64,000 nucleotides of DNA, from positions 65,968,001 to 66,032,000 of the forward strand of contig NC_043008.1 in NCBI RefSeq assembly GCF_006345805.1, written 5' to 3'. The translations under genes were made by a program, and so were the position numbers. Source of the DNA: Octopus sinensis. Taxonomy: Eukaryota. Of this stretch, positions 12,530-26,948 are shown piece after piece. The notes beneath the pieces were generated by a model. The model was not told where the DNA came from and did not search any database. It worked only from the letters and a program-made list of their open reading frames with translations. Within the stretch, counting starts at the first letter, position 1, and every line of letters starts with the position of its first letter.

Positions 12530-13050
12530 TAGACATCAACCTCAGATATGGTCTGGCCGCCGGGGTCATGTACTCCTATGAATCCTGTTTGGCGCCACTA
12601 CTCTATGTCCCGGAAGACGAAGCTCCGTATCCACAATGCATCGGCGCTCTCCTTTCTCTTCTATGGAACAGAAACATGGCCCCTCTCGAAGACCTTGGCA
12701 AAGAGGCTCGACGGCTTTGATAACAGAGCCCTGATAACCATCGAGAACATAAGCTGGTACCAATACGTCTCCAACAAAGAACTAAATGCATGCACGCATC
12801 AGCCCGCAGCCTCCCACCTTATAGATATCCGTCGCATGTGCTGGTACGGATATGTCCTCCGTCTCCCGTTAGCTCATCCCACCAGGGTTTGACTCTCATT
12901 CAACGCAGCAGCTATGGACTGGAAGAGAATCATGGGAGACCTCGTACCAGGTGGCTGGACGTAGTAGGGAAAGATCTCTAGAGGCTCGACGTCGTCTTAC
13001 AGGATGGAGAGAGGCTGGCATGGGACCGCCAGCGATGGAGATCACTGGTA
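12530..13050 (+). mobile_element. RTE-like LINE, 3' ORF fragment (pseudogenised)
   Basis: KTKLRIHNASALSFLFYGTETW...RRMCWYGYVLR...GRPRTRWLDVVGKDL, typical post-RT region. Confidence 0.8.
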
Positions 13051-13054
13051 GACC

Positions 13055-14915
13055 TACCTACCGCTGATGTGGAAGCTGATGAAAGGAATAACATCTAATT
13101 ATGAATATAACTTCCTGGAAATGAGTGACAAACTGCTAGTGGAACAGAAAGGGTGCAGAAGGAAAAGCTGCGGTACAAAAGACCAACTCCTGATAGACAG
13201 AATGGTACTGAATGACTGCAAGAAAAGACTTACTAATCTGGGCATGGCGTGGATCAATTATTCCTAGATTTTAGAAAGTTTTGAGCCGGTAGACGTGACT
13301 GATAACATTAAATTTTATTTGGAGATCAATGAAAAACTGGAATACAGAGTTAAATTCATGTGGAAATTTTTGGCCACGGTTACCATCAAGAGAGGTTTAT
13401 TTCAAGGAGATAGCTTATCATCATTTCTGTTTGTGATTTGTATGGTAGCCATCACACAAATACTACGGAGAGTGGCATCGGGGTACACCTTGAAAAGTGG
13501 AGAAAAAATTAAATCATCTGTTATATATGGATGATTTAAAAATCTTTGGAAAGACCGAATGAAATAAATAGCCTAATTTCAACAGCACAGTAAGGATATC
13601 GGTAAGGATATCGGAATGGAATTTGGGACTAAAAAGTGTATGCTTATAATACAAAGAGGTAAAATAATGTCGTCTGGTGGTGTAGAGCTACCCAACGGCG
13701 AGAAAATCAAGGATATTGAGACCAACGGATATAAATATCTGGGGATTTTAGAATACGACAAAATCAAGGTAAGTGAAATGAAGGAAAGCTTTAGGTAAGA
13801 ATATCTCAGGAGAACCAAGTTAATTATGGAAAGAAGACTCAATGGAAAAAACAAAATCAAAGCAATGATCACATGGGCTGTTTCCTTAAGCGATAAGGCG
13901 CAGGTGTTCTCAGGTGAACAAAGAATGAGCTTAAGGAAATGGACAGGAAAACTAGAAAAGTGATGACAATTTGTAAGGAGTTACACCCCAAAAGTGATAC
14001 TAACAGAATGTACGTGCCAAGAAACAGGGGTGGAAGAGATCTCGTAGGATGCAATATCTGTGTTGTCAACGAGAAGAAGAATGGGTTGGTACACCAAACA
14101 GCAGAGTGAATAATTGCTTGCCTCTGTTAAAATTAACAATATAATACCTGCCGAAAATGTGATACACCCTCAAACATTTAAGAAACAAGATGAAGAAGAA
14201 AGAGATAAGAATAGCGAATTGCCCCTTTACAGAAACGAAACAATCTCACAAGCTGGCCCAAAATCACTACAAAATAAGGCACAATAATGTGGCTAAGTTT
14301 GTCCACTGGAGGCTTTGGGAAAAGTACAGCCTGAACAGAACACAGAAATGGTACGAACATGAACCAAAAGGAATCACCAAGAACAGGGAATATAAGATAC
14401 TGTGGGATTTTACAATCCAATGTGACTCTCTAATCAAGGGTTGGAGACCAGATATTGTTGTAGTAGATAAAGGAAAAAAGGAAACCAAGATCATAGATAT
14501 TGCAATACCTGGAGATGTACGTGTAAGTAACAAAAGAACTAGAAAAGATTGAAAAGTACAAACTACTAAAAGACGAAATTGCAAGAATGTGGACTATAGG
14601 GAGAGTGTCTGTCATTCCAGTAGTTGTAGGGGCACTCAGGCCACTAACAACCAAGTTAGTGAAAGAAATCAAAGTCAAAGAAATCAGAATTGACATGAGA
14701 GCAGAACGAGCCCAAAAAAATGCTCTGTTGGGGATAGCTAGGATTTTGAAATTGGTACTTGGATGGTGAATGCCTCCCACGGCAATTAACAACCAAATAT
14801 CAAAGCTTATAATGTGCAGAAAGAGACCCTGTGAGACCTCTGGCGGCAAGCTGTTATCCGCTCTCACAAAATCTACCAGAAGAAAACAAAACCGAATGAT
14901 CTAAGTAAAACAAAA
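13055..14915 (+). mobile_element. R4/Dong-type non-LTR retrotransposon fragment (RT + restriction-like endonuclease)
   Basis: [42 protein letters not shown] and ILWDF...RPDIVVVDK...IIDIAIP. It ends in (AAT)/(AAC)n, the microsatellite class Dong elements target. Frameshifted. Confidence 0.88.
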
Positions 14916-14922
14916 TAATAAT

Positions 14923-14966
<44 letters not shown>

Positions 14967-14983
14967 CGACGACGACGATGACG

Positions 14984-15031
<48 letters not shown>

Positions 15032-15674
15032 GTTTCGAATTTTGACACTAGACCAACAACTTTGAGAAGAGGTGTATTAGGTTGATACCATTGATCCAGT
15101 GGTTGACAAGCGCTTTATTTTATCGACCCCCAAAGAGACGAGTGATAAAGTTGACAAAGGCGAGATCTGAACACAAAACATTAAGAGCCGGAACAAATGA
15201 TGCAAAACATTTTTTCTGACGCTCTAACGATTCTACAAGCTCACCACCTTAAACACCAGCAGCGTAATGGTTCCTAATCTTGGTGCCAAAGGCATTAATT
15301 TTGATAGGAGGAGATTAGTCCGCGTCATCATCACTAGTACATGGCTAATAATTTATTTTATCAACCCTGAAAGAATTAAAATCAAAGATGACCTCGCCGA
15401 AATTTGAGCTCAGAACATAAAGTAATTTTTTTCCGACACTCAAATGATTCGGCCAATTTGACACCTTAAAATTAATGATTTCAAATTTTGGCACAAGGCC
15501 AGCAATTTCGGTCCCAGTGCTCAACTGGTACTTATTTTATCGTTCCCGAAAGGGTGAAAGGCAAAGTCTACCACGGCAAAAATTGAACTCAGAATGTAAA
15601 GACGGACAAAATGCTGTTAATTATCTTTCACGGCGTGCAAACGATTCTGACAGCTCGCCGCCTTAAATATATAT

Positions 15675-15912
15675 GTCTTTACTACCCACAAGGGTCTAAA
15701 CATAGAGGGGACAAACAAGGACAGACAAAGGGATTAAGTTGATTATATCGACCCGGTGCGAAACTGGTACTTTATTTATCGACCCCGAGAGGATGAAAGG
15801 CAAAGTCGACCCCGGCGGAATTTGAACTCAGAACGTAATGACAGACGAAATACCGCTAAACATTTCGTCCGGCGCGCTAACGTTTCTGCCAGCTCGCCGC
15901 CTTCGCCACCTT
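15675..15912 (-). mobile_element. SINE group B, full length (older partial copies lie at about 15030-15665)
   Basis: Reverse complement of 46708-46937. Confidence 0.85.
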
Positions 15913-16524
15913 AAATATAATGAAATCAGTGGCGCTACCTATACCTATATTCCTTCCTATGGAAATTGGCTTTCTCTAATCAATACCTGTATTTCATTTT
16001 ATCTTCCAAGGTTCCAAGTTCAAATCCCACTGTAATTGATTTGACCCATCATCCCTCTAGGGCTGACCACATACATCCAAGTAATTTACTTAAGTCTATC
16101 CAATCTTCGCTATAATTCTCCATTAAAAACATTGGATCTTGTTTACGTAAAAACGAAATCAATATTTGTATCGCTGACGCTAAGTGTTCCGATCCAAAAA
16201 TGTAAGCATTTTATAGTTTCTTAATGGAACATGAGTTCATTGACTCAGAAAATTATCCCAGTAAAAGCGGATCTCCGTTGGTTTGGTTGATGATAAATAT
16301 TCAGTTGTTTCTTTAAGTCAACTACCTATTCATTGAGTTAGCATATAAATGGTTGAGAATTTCAAAGGTACATGTACCTTTCACACAAAATCTCAAGAGA
16401 TATCAACGTGATACAACTCGTGGAACTTTTGAAGAGAAGGGTATTAGTCTATACTAGTGGTCTTCAACGGTGATCTATATGACCCCAGGGGGTCCATATA
16501 AGTCTTTCTAGTTAAAATTTATCT

Positions 16525-16825
16525 GCCGGTGTAGCTGTGTGGTAAGAAGCTTGCTTCCCAACCACATGGTTCCGGGTTCAGTCCTATATATATGGATCAA
16601 TGTGTGCGTATCTTTGTGTCTATGTTTGTTCACCACTACCGCTAGACAACCGGTGTTCGTGCATTTACGTTCTTGTAACGAAGTGGTTCGGCAAAAAAGA
16701 CCGATAGAATAAGTACCAGGCTTAAAACAAAGTACTGAGCTCGATTTCGTTCGACTACAAAATTCTACAAGGTGCTGCCCCAGCATGACCGCTGTCAAAT
16801 GACTGAGACAAGTAAAAGATAAAAG
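16525..16825 (+). mobile_element. SINE group A variant, internally deleted
   Basis: Head and tail homologous to 1130-1565. Confidence 0.8.
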
Positions 16826-16881
16826 ATAGAGACATTGCTGATACTTTTACAATACACAAAATATTTAACATTCTTTTTAAT

Positions 16882-17258
16882 AGGCGCAGGAGTGACTGTG
16901 TGGTAAGCAGCTTGCTTACCAACCACATGGTTCCGGGTTCAGTCCCACTACGTGGTACCTTGGGCAAGTGTCTTCTACTATAGCCTCAGGCCGACCAAAG
17001 CATTATGCGTGGATTTGGTAGACGGAAACTGAATGTGTGTGTGTGTGTATGTATGTTTCTGTGTCTGTGTTTGTCCTGCCAACATCGCTTGACAACCGAT
17101 GCTGGTATATTTACGTCCCCGTAACTTAGCGGTTCGGCAAAAGAGAACGATAGAATAAGTACTAAGCTTACAAAGAAAAGTGCTGGGGTCGATTTGCTCG
17201 ACTAAAGGCGGTGCTCCAGCATGGCCACAGTCAAATGACTGAAACAAGTAAAAGAATA
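16882..17258 (+). mobile_element. SINE group A
   Basis: Homologous to 1130-1565. Confidence 0.9.
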
Positions 17259-17740
17259 CAATTCCTAATGATATTATATTATTTAAAATATTATAGGATT
17301 TTTAAAACACTGATGGCTATGAGGGTCTAAATAGAAATCAAAGAGGTCCATAGGCAAAATATGGTTGAGAAAGACTAGTTTATACTATTGCCCTTTGTAC
17401 TTAACTGGTACTTTATTTTATCGATTTTGAAAGAGCATGAAAGGCAAAGTTGACCTTGGCGGGATTTAAGCTCAGATCGTCAAGAGCCGGTGCAAATAAT
17501 TTTGTCCGACATACTGACGATTCTGTCAACTCACCGAAAATATTTCTCCTTTATTTGTCTGAATCGACCAAATCCGGCTGTATCCGATTCCTCTACGAAA
17601 TCGCTAAAAGATAAACAAATCACGTTATTGAATTCTCGTAGCTTTAAGATAATGCGAGATAAAGCCTTTCCCGCCTTTTTGAGACCACATAGTTTTTTTT
17701 CAACATTTGAAGAGAAGTGTGTAACTTAGTATTTATCAAT

Positions 17741-18466
17741 ATGGCGTCAACAAATAGCGACTCATACTTTGAAGGTTTTACTCATGATGATGTGCGAAAT
17801 ATAAACGAAAACAACTGTGATCTGTCTTCGGGCGAATCTGATATTGATATTAATGAATTTTCGTCGGACAAGGAAGATTTTGATATTAAAAGTGATAAAA
17901 ATGAAAGTGATGAAAATGATATTCAAAACATTACGGCAAAATGGTCGAAGATTACTACATCAACCACAATTCCCAATTTCACAGAAATGACCTGTCCACA
18001 ACACAACCTACCTCCCGATGCTCAACCATTAGACTATTTATTTTTATTTTTACCAGAAAGTTTTTCTTTTTTTTTTGTAACTGTCGCAGAAGAAACGAAT
18101 AAATATGGTCAATGCATAATTTCTATTCGCTGAAGACCCGATCCACTATGGCAGCCAACCAATACTGCGAAAATGCGAGCTTTTTTTACCATAAACGTTG
18201 TGTTTGGTATCAAGCAGCTCCTTCGAGTGTGGAACTACTGGAGTCCTGGTGCAAGGTATGGTGATCCATATATTTCTAGCATTATGTCGAAAACGAGGTA
18301 TTCGAAAATATCTCGATATTTACATTTATCTTATTCTGTTAATGCCCCCAGCAAGAATGACCCAAACCACGATCCCCTGTATAAAGTACGTCCTATTATT
18401 GATTTACTTTGTGATAAGTATAAAACTGTGTCTCTGTCTGGAAAAAATTTCAGTGTAGATGAAATG
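17741..18466 (+). mobile_element. piggyBac transposase N-terminal half (pseudogene)
   Basis: Acidic N-terminus, PLDYLFLFL, VAEETNKY, WNYWS, IMSKTRYSKISRYLHL, DPLYKVRPII, SVDEM. In-frame stop at 18131-18133; truncated at the first catalytic Asp. Confidence 0.88.
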
Positions 18467-19444
18467 GTGACATGGTGCATTACCCTGCATAAAGATTGGC
18501 TGGCGAGTTGGAGACGACCTCATGGCTGGCACAACATACTGCAGAAAGATGTTTTTGTATATGGCTAAATTCACGTTACCATGGATCCGGATCAAAGGCC
18601 CAACACCTACTGCGGAAATCATTCCCCAGATCATTAAACTCCCACTTGCAAACTTCACTGATTTCTTCACGCATTTAGGGACCAATTTTTCAACTTTGCG
18701 ATGTCTCACGTACTACATATCATCGGGACCAACCAAACTGAACTTGCTGTCGTCACTGAAGAACACAAGCGACCAATTGTCGTCCGTCCAAAGTACGTGC
18801 TCGTTGGCAAAGGCTAACCTCGCTTTTCGATTCTTTATACTGATGAGAGGTTTAATGGTGGGGAAACTGGCATGAAAACCGGGTTCATTCAAACAACAAG
18901 TCATAGTCTTCCAAGACACATTCATTCCATAATCACGATTTACTTGGTGAGAAATTCCTGCAACAATATCGAAATGGTCTCTTAACGCCAGCCTCTGAAT
19001 CACACGGTCTTGCCGAACGTTTGTTTTCCGTGGTCTCCCTCGAAACTCGCTTGTTTCTTCGTAAAGCTTGAGTTTTTCTTGAAACAACACTCTTTGATCT
19101 ATAAATGTCTCTGGCGATATCAGAAATTGCCAGGCTTTCAACTTTACGTCGGTTTTCCATGGTTTTCCTTAACTACTGCTCAATATAAATCTTCACACTC
19201 TTAGGTCAACTTAGTTTACATCAGTCGGAGTGTTGCCAGATTTTACTTTATGAATTTTACGCCATACGTTTTCTAATTCTGTCCATCTTGTATTTTTTCA
19301 AATAAACATTTTCTCTGTTATAAATTATTTAGTTATTAATCACTCCCTACAAAATTTATTGCAAATAATGAACATACTTGAAATGAAATACAAATGTAAG
19401 TATCTTTAATTTTTATTTTCGTTATCTAATTTTGTCCACTACTA
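18467..19444 (-). mobile_element. Tc1-family transposon, 5' two-thirds
   Basis: TIR tagtagtggacaaaattag next to (TA)n; GRPRKT, KPLIS..NRKARLAFA, VFFSDDSKF, GSLMIWG, FMQGNAPCH; frameshifted. Confidence 0.9.
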
Positions 19445-19852
19445 TATATGTGTGTGTATATATATACATATACATATATATAATATATATATATATATAT
19501 ATAAATATATAATATATATATATAATATATATATATACATATATATATAATACATATATATATATAATATACATACATACATATATATACATACATATAT
19601 ACATACATATATATATACATATATATATATACATACATATATATATACATATATATATATACATATATATATATACATATATATACATATACATATATAT
19701 ATAATACATATATATATATATAACATATATATATACATATATATATATACATATATATATAATATATACATATATATATATATACATATATATATATACA
19801 TATAATATATATATATACATACACACACACACATATATATATATATATACAT

Positions 19853-19909
<57 letters not shown>

Positions 19910-19935
19910 CATACACACACACACATATATATATA

Positions 19936-19966
<31 letters not shown>

Positions 19967-19967
19967 C
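19445..19967. repeat. Long imperfect (TA)/(CA) microsatellite
   Basis: Direct reading. Similar tracts lie at 3107-3260, 3440-3660, 21600-22650, 54790-55305, 60690-61050 and 62376-62580. Confidence 0.95.
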
Positions 19968-20569
19968 TTTAAGCATATTACTCTACCACTGGTATTTGAG
20001 TACTCTTTTTTCCACCGTGTTTCACATTTATGTGTTTACTCCGGTATATATATATATATATATATATAATGAAGCTGCACTATAACACGTCAGTTGAGCC
20101 ATATCTATTTATCTCGACATGGCTGTTATATGCCAGTCTTCTTTTCAGAGACGTCACATTGTCGTAAAATGTGCATATAACACGAGCAATATGAAAATAT
20201 TTCTCTAATAACGAGTCAAAAAGGAATCCTCAATTCGTTCGCTCGAATTACTGTAAATCACACCCTACAGCTTAAAGAAAAATAAGACATAGCTAAAAAA
20301 AAATAAGATGGGATTATTACGAGTTGGAACCCTTTTTGGTTGTAAATTAACTCTACCTATTCAAGGATGGCTTGTTGTTCTTCTTCTTATTGTTCTTCAT
20401 CTCTTTCTTTTCCCCTTTCTTCTCTTATTCTACATTCTTCCTATTTCTTCTTTTTCTTCTGCTTATTCTCCTTATTTCTTTACTTCTTTTTATTCTGCTT
20501 ATTCTCCTTATTTTATATCTTCCTTTTCTTCTCCTCCTCTCCTTTCTCAGAATAGTTTATCTTGGACTA

Positions 20570-20900
20570 ACTGCCGAGATATTCTCTCCCACTAAGAAGA
20601 ATATCCGTTTGGCATATTGGAACAAGTAAAACAGCAGAATATCTGATATCTGAATGGGATAGAAATACAAGTAAACCTGCCTCTCAACCAATGCAGATTA
20701 TACGGCATTACTACGGAAGCTGTCATCCATACCATAAGTAGATGTCCGAAAATGTCATCACGATACTGTATGCTTGCGACGTATAACTGCGACCAAAACT
20801 TTGTACAAGGCAATCCATGCGGACGGTAATCCTGGGGATACGAAAGCAAGGATTAACAGTGATGTGGAGGGAATAATACGACAAAGTATTATCGTTTCCT
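20570..20900 (+). mobile_element. Decayed zinc-knuckle region of an RLE-type (R4/Dong-like) LINE
   Basis: CRLYGITTEAVIHTISRCPKMSSRY...TKTLYKAI resembles the CxxC..H..C knuckle and the RH..VAK.L segment. Confidence 0.5.
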
Positions 20901-21167
20901 TGTATCAGTCATTGGACGGCGACCATTCTGGGATACCACCTTCAAGGGTTTTAGTCATTGGACGGCAAACATTCTGGGATACCACCTTGAAGGGTTTTAG
21001 TCGAACGAATCGACCCCACAAATTGTATTTTTAATACTCTATCGGTCGTTTTGCCGAACCGCTAGGTGACGTCGACGTAAACGAAACAATACTGTTAGAG
21101 ATGTATGGCTACAACCTATTTAAGGTTGTAAGAAACTACAAAATATTAGTATATAATATGTACATAT

Positions 21168-21546
21168 AGGCACAGGAGTGGCTGTGTGGTAAGTAGCTTG
21201 CTTCCGGGTTCAGTCCCACTGCGTGGCATCTTGGGCAAGTGTCTTCTGCTATAGCCTCGGGACGACCAATGCCTTGTTAGTGGATTTGGTAGACGGAAAC
21301 TAAAAGAAGCCTGTCGTATATATGTATTTATGTATTTGTGTATATGTTTGTGTGTCTGTGTGTGTCCCTCTAGCATTGCTTGACAACCGATGCTGGTGTG
21401 TTTACTTAGCGGTTCGGCAAAAAGAGACTGATAGAATAAGTACTGGGCTTACAAAGAATAAGTCCCGGGGTCGATTTGCTCGAGTAAAGGCGGTGCTCCA
21501 GCATGGCCGCAGTCAAATGACTGAAACAAGTAAAAGAGTAAAGAGA
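21168..21546 (+). mobile_element. SINE group A
   Basis: Homologous to 1130-1565, with small deletions. Confidence 0.88.
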
Positions 21547-21613
21547 TATACACACGTTTAGAGACAAATGTGTTAACATTCAGAGATGCCTACATTTATA
21601 AATACGTACATAC

Positions 21614-21692
<79 letters not shown>

Positions 21693-22408
21693 TGTGTGTG
21701 TGCAAGTAGATAGGTATGCATGTGTGTGTACGTAAGTATTTATACATGTGTGTATACACACGCATACAAACGCACGCACACACACACACACACACACAAC
21801 TTGCTGATATTGTCTAAATTCCAATGGAAAACACTTTGCTTCTGGGTTAGGAACCAGCTTTTTCTCCATTGGAAGGAAATTCGAAAATTTTAGTACCAGG
21901 AGAACATAGAAACATGCGTACAGATACATGCCTACAGAGGTATGCATATAGGAACAGATGTACATATGAATGCAGTGGCATATACAGACACAATCATACA
22001 TATATGTAAATATATAGATATACCTACAGAAGTGTACATATAGCATGTACTTATAGTGATATACACACACACATATATATAGAGATAGAGAGAGGGAAAA
22101 AGAGAGGGAAAAAGAGAGGGAGGTAAATATGAGAGGATGCATATATAGATATGTAAATACACACACACACACACATTATATGTATGTATATGAATGTGTA
22201 TTTGTGTGTGTGTGTGTGTGCATGTATATATAAATTTACACATAAATATATATCTATAGACTTACATGTGTGTGTGTGTGTACTTGTATGTGTACACATA
22301 GACGTACAATTTTTACATGTACACATCTATGTAATATACATTAACATATACACATAAGTACATACACAAACATGTTCGTGTGTGTGTGTATGTGAAGACA
22401 CACATATT

Positions 22409-22454
<46 letters not shown>

Positions 22455-22524
22455 TGGATATCCATACATATATATGAATACATGCATATACATATATATA
22501 TATATAATTATATATGTATATATA

Positions 22525-22579
<55 letters not shown>

Positions 22580-22593
22580 TATATATATATTTA

Positions 22594-22631
<38 letters not shown>

Positions 22632-23632
22632 TATATATACATACATATATTCCTTATGAAAACACCCTTAAAGTAATTATTTTGTTTGTTACGTCTCTCT
22701 TAACACCTGTTCCCCGAAACTTTTCACTAGTCTAATAGTAAATTTAAACTTTTAAACTTTTAATAGGTTTTAAATAGATGTTCCTGCTTTCTTTCTTTTT
22801 TTTTATTTTCCTCTAAAATATTCTGTCTCGATATTGTTCAACACTTTTCCTCAGTAGGTTTCTTTTTTTTCTAGCAATATTTTTCAACACTACTTTAACT
22901 ATCAGCTTTTCAACAATGTTTTAACATATATATTTTTTTTTCCTTATATAGTTCTTTACTACATATTTCTATAGTCTACATCCATACTAGCTCATCCCTT
23001 CATTTTTATATATATACCGTAAATGGTTGTAGTCGTTGTTTTTTTTTTTTTCTTGTTTTTTTTTCTCTCAAAATATAGTGAAATAGTCATACTTTTTCAC
23101 TCAGAGGCAACTCACCACCACCCTACATATATATATAATCACCCTTTTTTAACCTCCACTTTCATATCTTCGTTGACACATTTTCTTCTTTCCTTCCTTT
23201 TTTTAACGGTATTCTCAACATTTTTTTTCAAATTGCAAACATATATTTCAAACACAACTTTGGAGATCAAAATGATCGGAACAGATTTGTAAACCTGTAA
23301 ATTGTGATATTTTTTCTTTAATAAATTCATACACACACATATGCATACATACAGGTATGCACATATATTTGTATGTATACATATTTATACACATGCAAAT
23401 ATATATATATACATATATATATACACATATATCCTCATATGTATTCATACTTATATAGTGTGCATTTATATTTGTATACAGAAAAGCATTACCAACGAAA
23501 AGGCGTATATGTATGTAGGAAATGAATTCAGGAGTTTGAGAGGGAGAAGCCCCTCCCTTAAGTAGAATAAGATAATTTTGTCTATATATGTGTGTGTATG
23601 AGGATAGGTATATGAATACTCTTCTAATATGT

Positions 23633-24167
23633 AACATTTAGTGAATTAGGGATCTTGATATTGCCGCTCTTATTTGCATTTCCTGCCACATAGTAGGAGA
23701 TCCAATTTTGTTTTGAAAATCTATGAAAAGAAGTAAAAAAGATGTAAAAGAAGGCAAGTTAAAATATGCCCTAGGAATAGTGATAGATTGAAAGAGACAG
23801 AATCCAAGACATTGAGAGAAAAAGAAAAGGAGAGTAAAAATGGAACAAAAAAAGAGAAATAGATCAGAAAAGCTTTTATGAGAATCAATAATTACTTTTC
23901 CACATAAGAATCTTAATCTGGCTAAGATCCTTAAATAGAAAAGTATTTATTGACCCTCATAAATGCATTTTTGGTTCTTGTTTTCTTTTTCTTTCACTGC
24001 CTTGGATCCTGTCTCTTTCAATCTATCTCAATTCCTCGTACATATTTTTACTTGTCACTTTTTACTTTTTTCATGTGAGTTCTTCAAAGCAAAACTGGAT
24101 CTCCAACCAAGTGTCAGAATATGTAAATGAGGGCAATAACACCAAACTCCCTCAATCACTAAATGTG
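23633..24167. repeat. Old, diverged fold-back (arms about 190 bp)
   Basis: acatttagtga...gatagattgaaagagacagaatccaag versus cttggatcctgtctctttcaatctatc...tcactaaatgt. Confidence 0.75.
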
Positions 24168-24721
24168 GATATTAGAGAAGAATTAAAGTAATGAAAGTAT
24201 AGCAAAACTAATGGCAGTGCTCCAGCATAGCCACAACTCTCAAACTAAAATGATTAAAAGAGTATAAAAGAGTATAACTAAATGATTAAGAGAAGCTAAT
24301 AGCTTTAGCGTGTACTCAAATGGTTAATATGTCTCTTCCATGCGTAATTGCATATAACACACTTTTATATATCCTTACTTTATACTCATATTTTCATACT
24401 CACATGGGTTATACAGGTTTCAGAGTATCTCCCCACTTGTTGAAGTTCTTTGTCACCTGCCACACACAGCAGCAAAGGGCCACCAATTTTCATGGTCGTA
24501 GTTTATCTCATGTTCTGTATTTATTTTATGGATGGCTGCCTTCCTTATAATCAATCAGTTTAAAACTAAGAGCAATTTAATCATGCTACTAGCCTTAATG
24601 AAGTTGTCAGTGTCAGGACTAACAGTACAAATCTTCTTTAAACTGTGCGTTTGTGCATACATGTGTACATTCCTACACACACATATATATACAAGATGGC
24701 CATAATTTGATTTCAAGTAAT

Positions 24722-24940
24722 ATCTATTTCTTTACTACCCACAAGGCGCTAAACACAGAGAGGACAAACAAGGACAGACAAACGGATTAAGTCGATTACA
24801 TCGACCCCAGTGCGTAACTGGTACTTAATTTATTGACCCCAAAAGGATCGGCAGAATTTGAACTCAGAACGTAGCAGCAGATGAAATACCGTTAAGCACT
24901 TTGCCCGGCGTCCTAACGTTTCTGCCAGCTCACCGCCTTC
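24722..24940 (-). mobile_element. SINE group B
   Basis: Reverse complement of 46708-46937, with a small deletion. Confidence 0.85.
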
Positions 24941-25591
24941 AATTTTCTTTATTTCAAGTAATATCAATGCCTGATTGTTCTTTTAAACACGGAAGCATGG
25001 ATGTGGCGTTTCAGTCTTTTTAGAGAGTAATATTCTTTTACACAGCAGGTGTTCAGAGAGCTTATTACCCATGTTGACACATACCTTCATTCCATCATAG
25101 AATTTTTCAGTGAATGTTTGCCTTTTCTTGGATACCTGTATCAACAACAGTGTGCATCATATCATAGAGATACGAAAAAACACATGATGCTTGTGGCTGA
25201 AGCTTTTTTTAAAGTGATGAAAGGTCTTGCAAAGGGCCAATCCCAACCTCTGATCAATCTACACATTTGCCCAAAATGAAGAACTAGTCTACACCATTCA
25301 ATGCAAATGAAATCACAGGTGTTACACCAGAACTTTACATTTCTCTTGGATAAAAGTCTAAACATTTCTCCGAGAGAAATGTCTAAACGAAAACTAGGGT
25401 TATCATACTTTTAATGCTACAGCTAACATATAACCCAGTCCAACATTTTGCACTGTTAAGCTGTTGGTGACTAAACCAACAACTCTATCGAGCTTGCTTG
25501 GTAAGGATGGTGGTCTTCATTGGAGACCCAGCAACCTGAAAAACAAAACCTGTCAAAGAGCAGATGAACTCAATACAGCCAATTGCCATCC

Positions 25592-25625
<34 letters not shown>

Positions 25626-25771
25626 GGCTGCATGGTTAAGAAGTTTGTTTAGGTACCATATAGTTGGAGGTTCAGACCCTCAGCATGGATACTGTTGGCT
25701 GGTGCCTTCTCTTACAACCAATGGCTTGTGAATGAAATTTGGTAGATGGAATCTCTACAGAAACTTGAGCA

Positions 25772-25818
<47 letters not shown>

Positions 25819-26076
25819 ATAGAGAGAGAGAAAACACCATAACATTGCATGCTGTTGGAAGCAACTTAAAGGGTTGGCTCTGGGTATAGCATCCAACCAT
25901 GAAACACTGTCTCAGAAATCTCACTGAAACCACGCCAGCACAGAAAAACATACGGACATGAAAACAATGGTGACGAGGAAGAGGTAGAAGAAAAGGATTA
26001 CAATAATGATGATAATGATACGACGACACTGATGACAATGATGACAACAACGATGATGTCGATGGTAACAATGACA

Positions 26077-26087
26077 TAGTAGTAGAA

Positions 26088-26126
<39 letters not shown>

Positions 26127-26178
26127 ACAGTAGTAGTAGTTGTGGTAGTGGTGGTGGTAGTAGTAGTAGTAGTCACAA

Positions 26179-26215
<37 letters not shown>

Positions 26216-26345
26216 CACAGTGGTGGTAGTAGTAGTAGTGGTGTTAGTAGTAGTAGCAGCAGCAGTAGTAGTGGTGATGGTGGTGGTAGTAGTAGTAGTA
26301 GCAGTAGTAGTCGTAGTAGTAGTAGTAGTTGCAGCAGCAGCAGCA
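26077..26345. repeat. (GTA)/(GTG)/(GCA) compound microsatellite
   Basis: Direct reading. Confidence 0.9.
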
Positions 26346-26948
26346 TTTGAATCTAGAGACAACCAAACATCATACAAATCTCTCAAAAAAACACAATGAA
26401 CATAAAGAAAACTCCAGATTTTGAAAAGTGAAGTTTATATTTTGTGAGATATATCAAAACTGTTTTCATATTTTGTTTCAGTTGTTTTTTTGTTTCTTTG
26501 CATTCCATTTCTTTTTCTCTTTTTTTTATTTTCCATGTTCAATTCTGATACATGTACATACGCAAAAAATGTATTAATACTTCATCCATAATGCTTCTAA
26601 GAAACTTTCACAATACCAATGTCAGCATTCCCAGGTGAAATAAGGAGGTTTTACAGCAGTCTGTCATTAAATATTTACAGTTCATCTGCTAAAATGTTTA
26701 TCGAAATACGAGGACAGATGAACATTTGATGAACATTTACGATACCCATTAGTGAACACTCTAATACTGGTAGTAAATAGTCAAGCCTCCACCAGTGAAT
26801 ACATCAACCATGGATATTCAAATACCAACATATTCCAACATGTTGAATGCAAGTAAAGGAACCAAACAACTTCTCATGTTGAATATCTACATTACCTGTT
26901 TCTTAAACCTTTTCCTACCATATTTCAGCTAAAATACTCTGCCTTTTA

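Larger units (their letters stand above)
16455..17377. mobile_element. hAT (Charlie-like) MITE interrupted by two group A SINEs
   Basis: Ends tagtggtcttcaac / ggttgagaaagacta; 8-bp TSD gtctatac (16447-16454) / gtttatac (17378-17385). Confidence 0.65.

Noticed and set aside
25040-25279. 76-aa ORF after an acceptor-like TTTTACACAGCAG
   Set aside because: No recognisable domain and no partner exons found.
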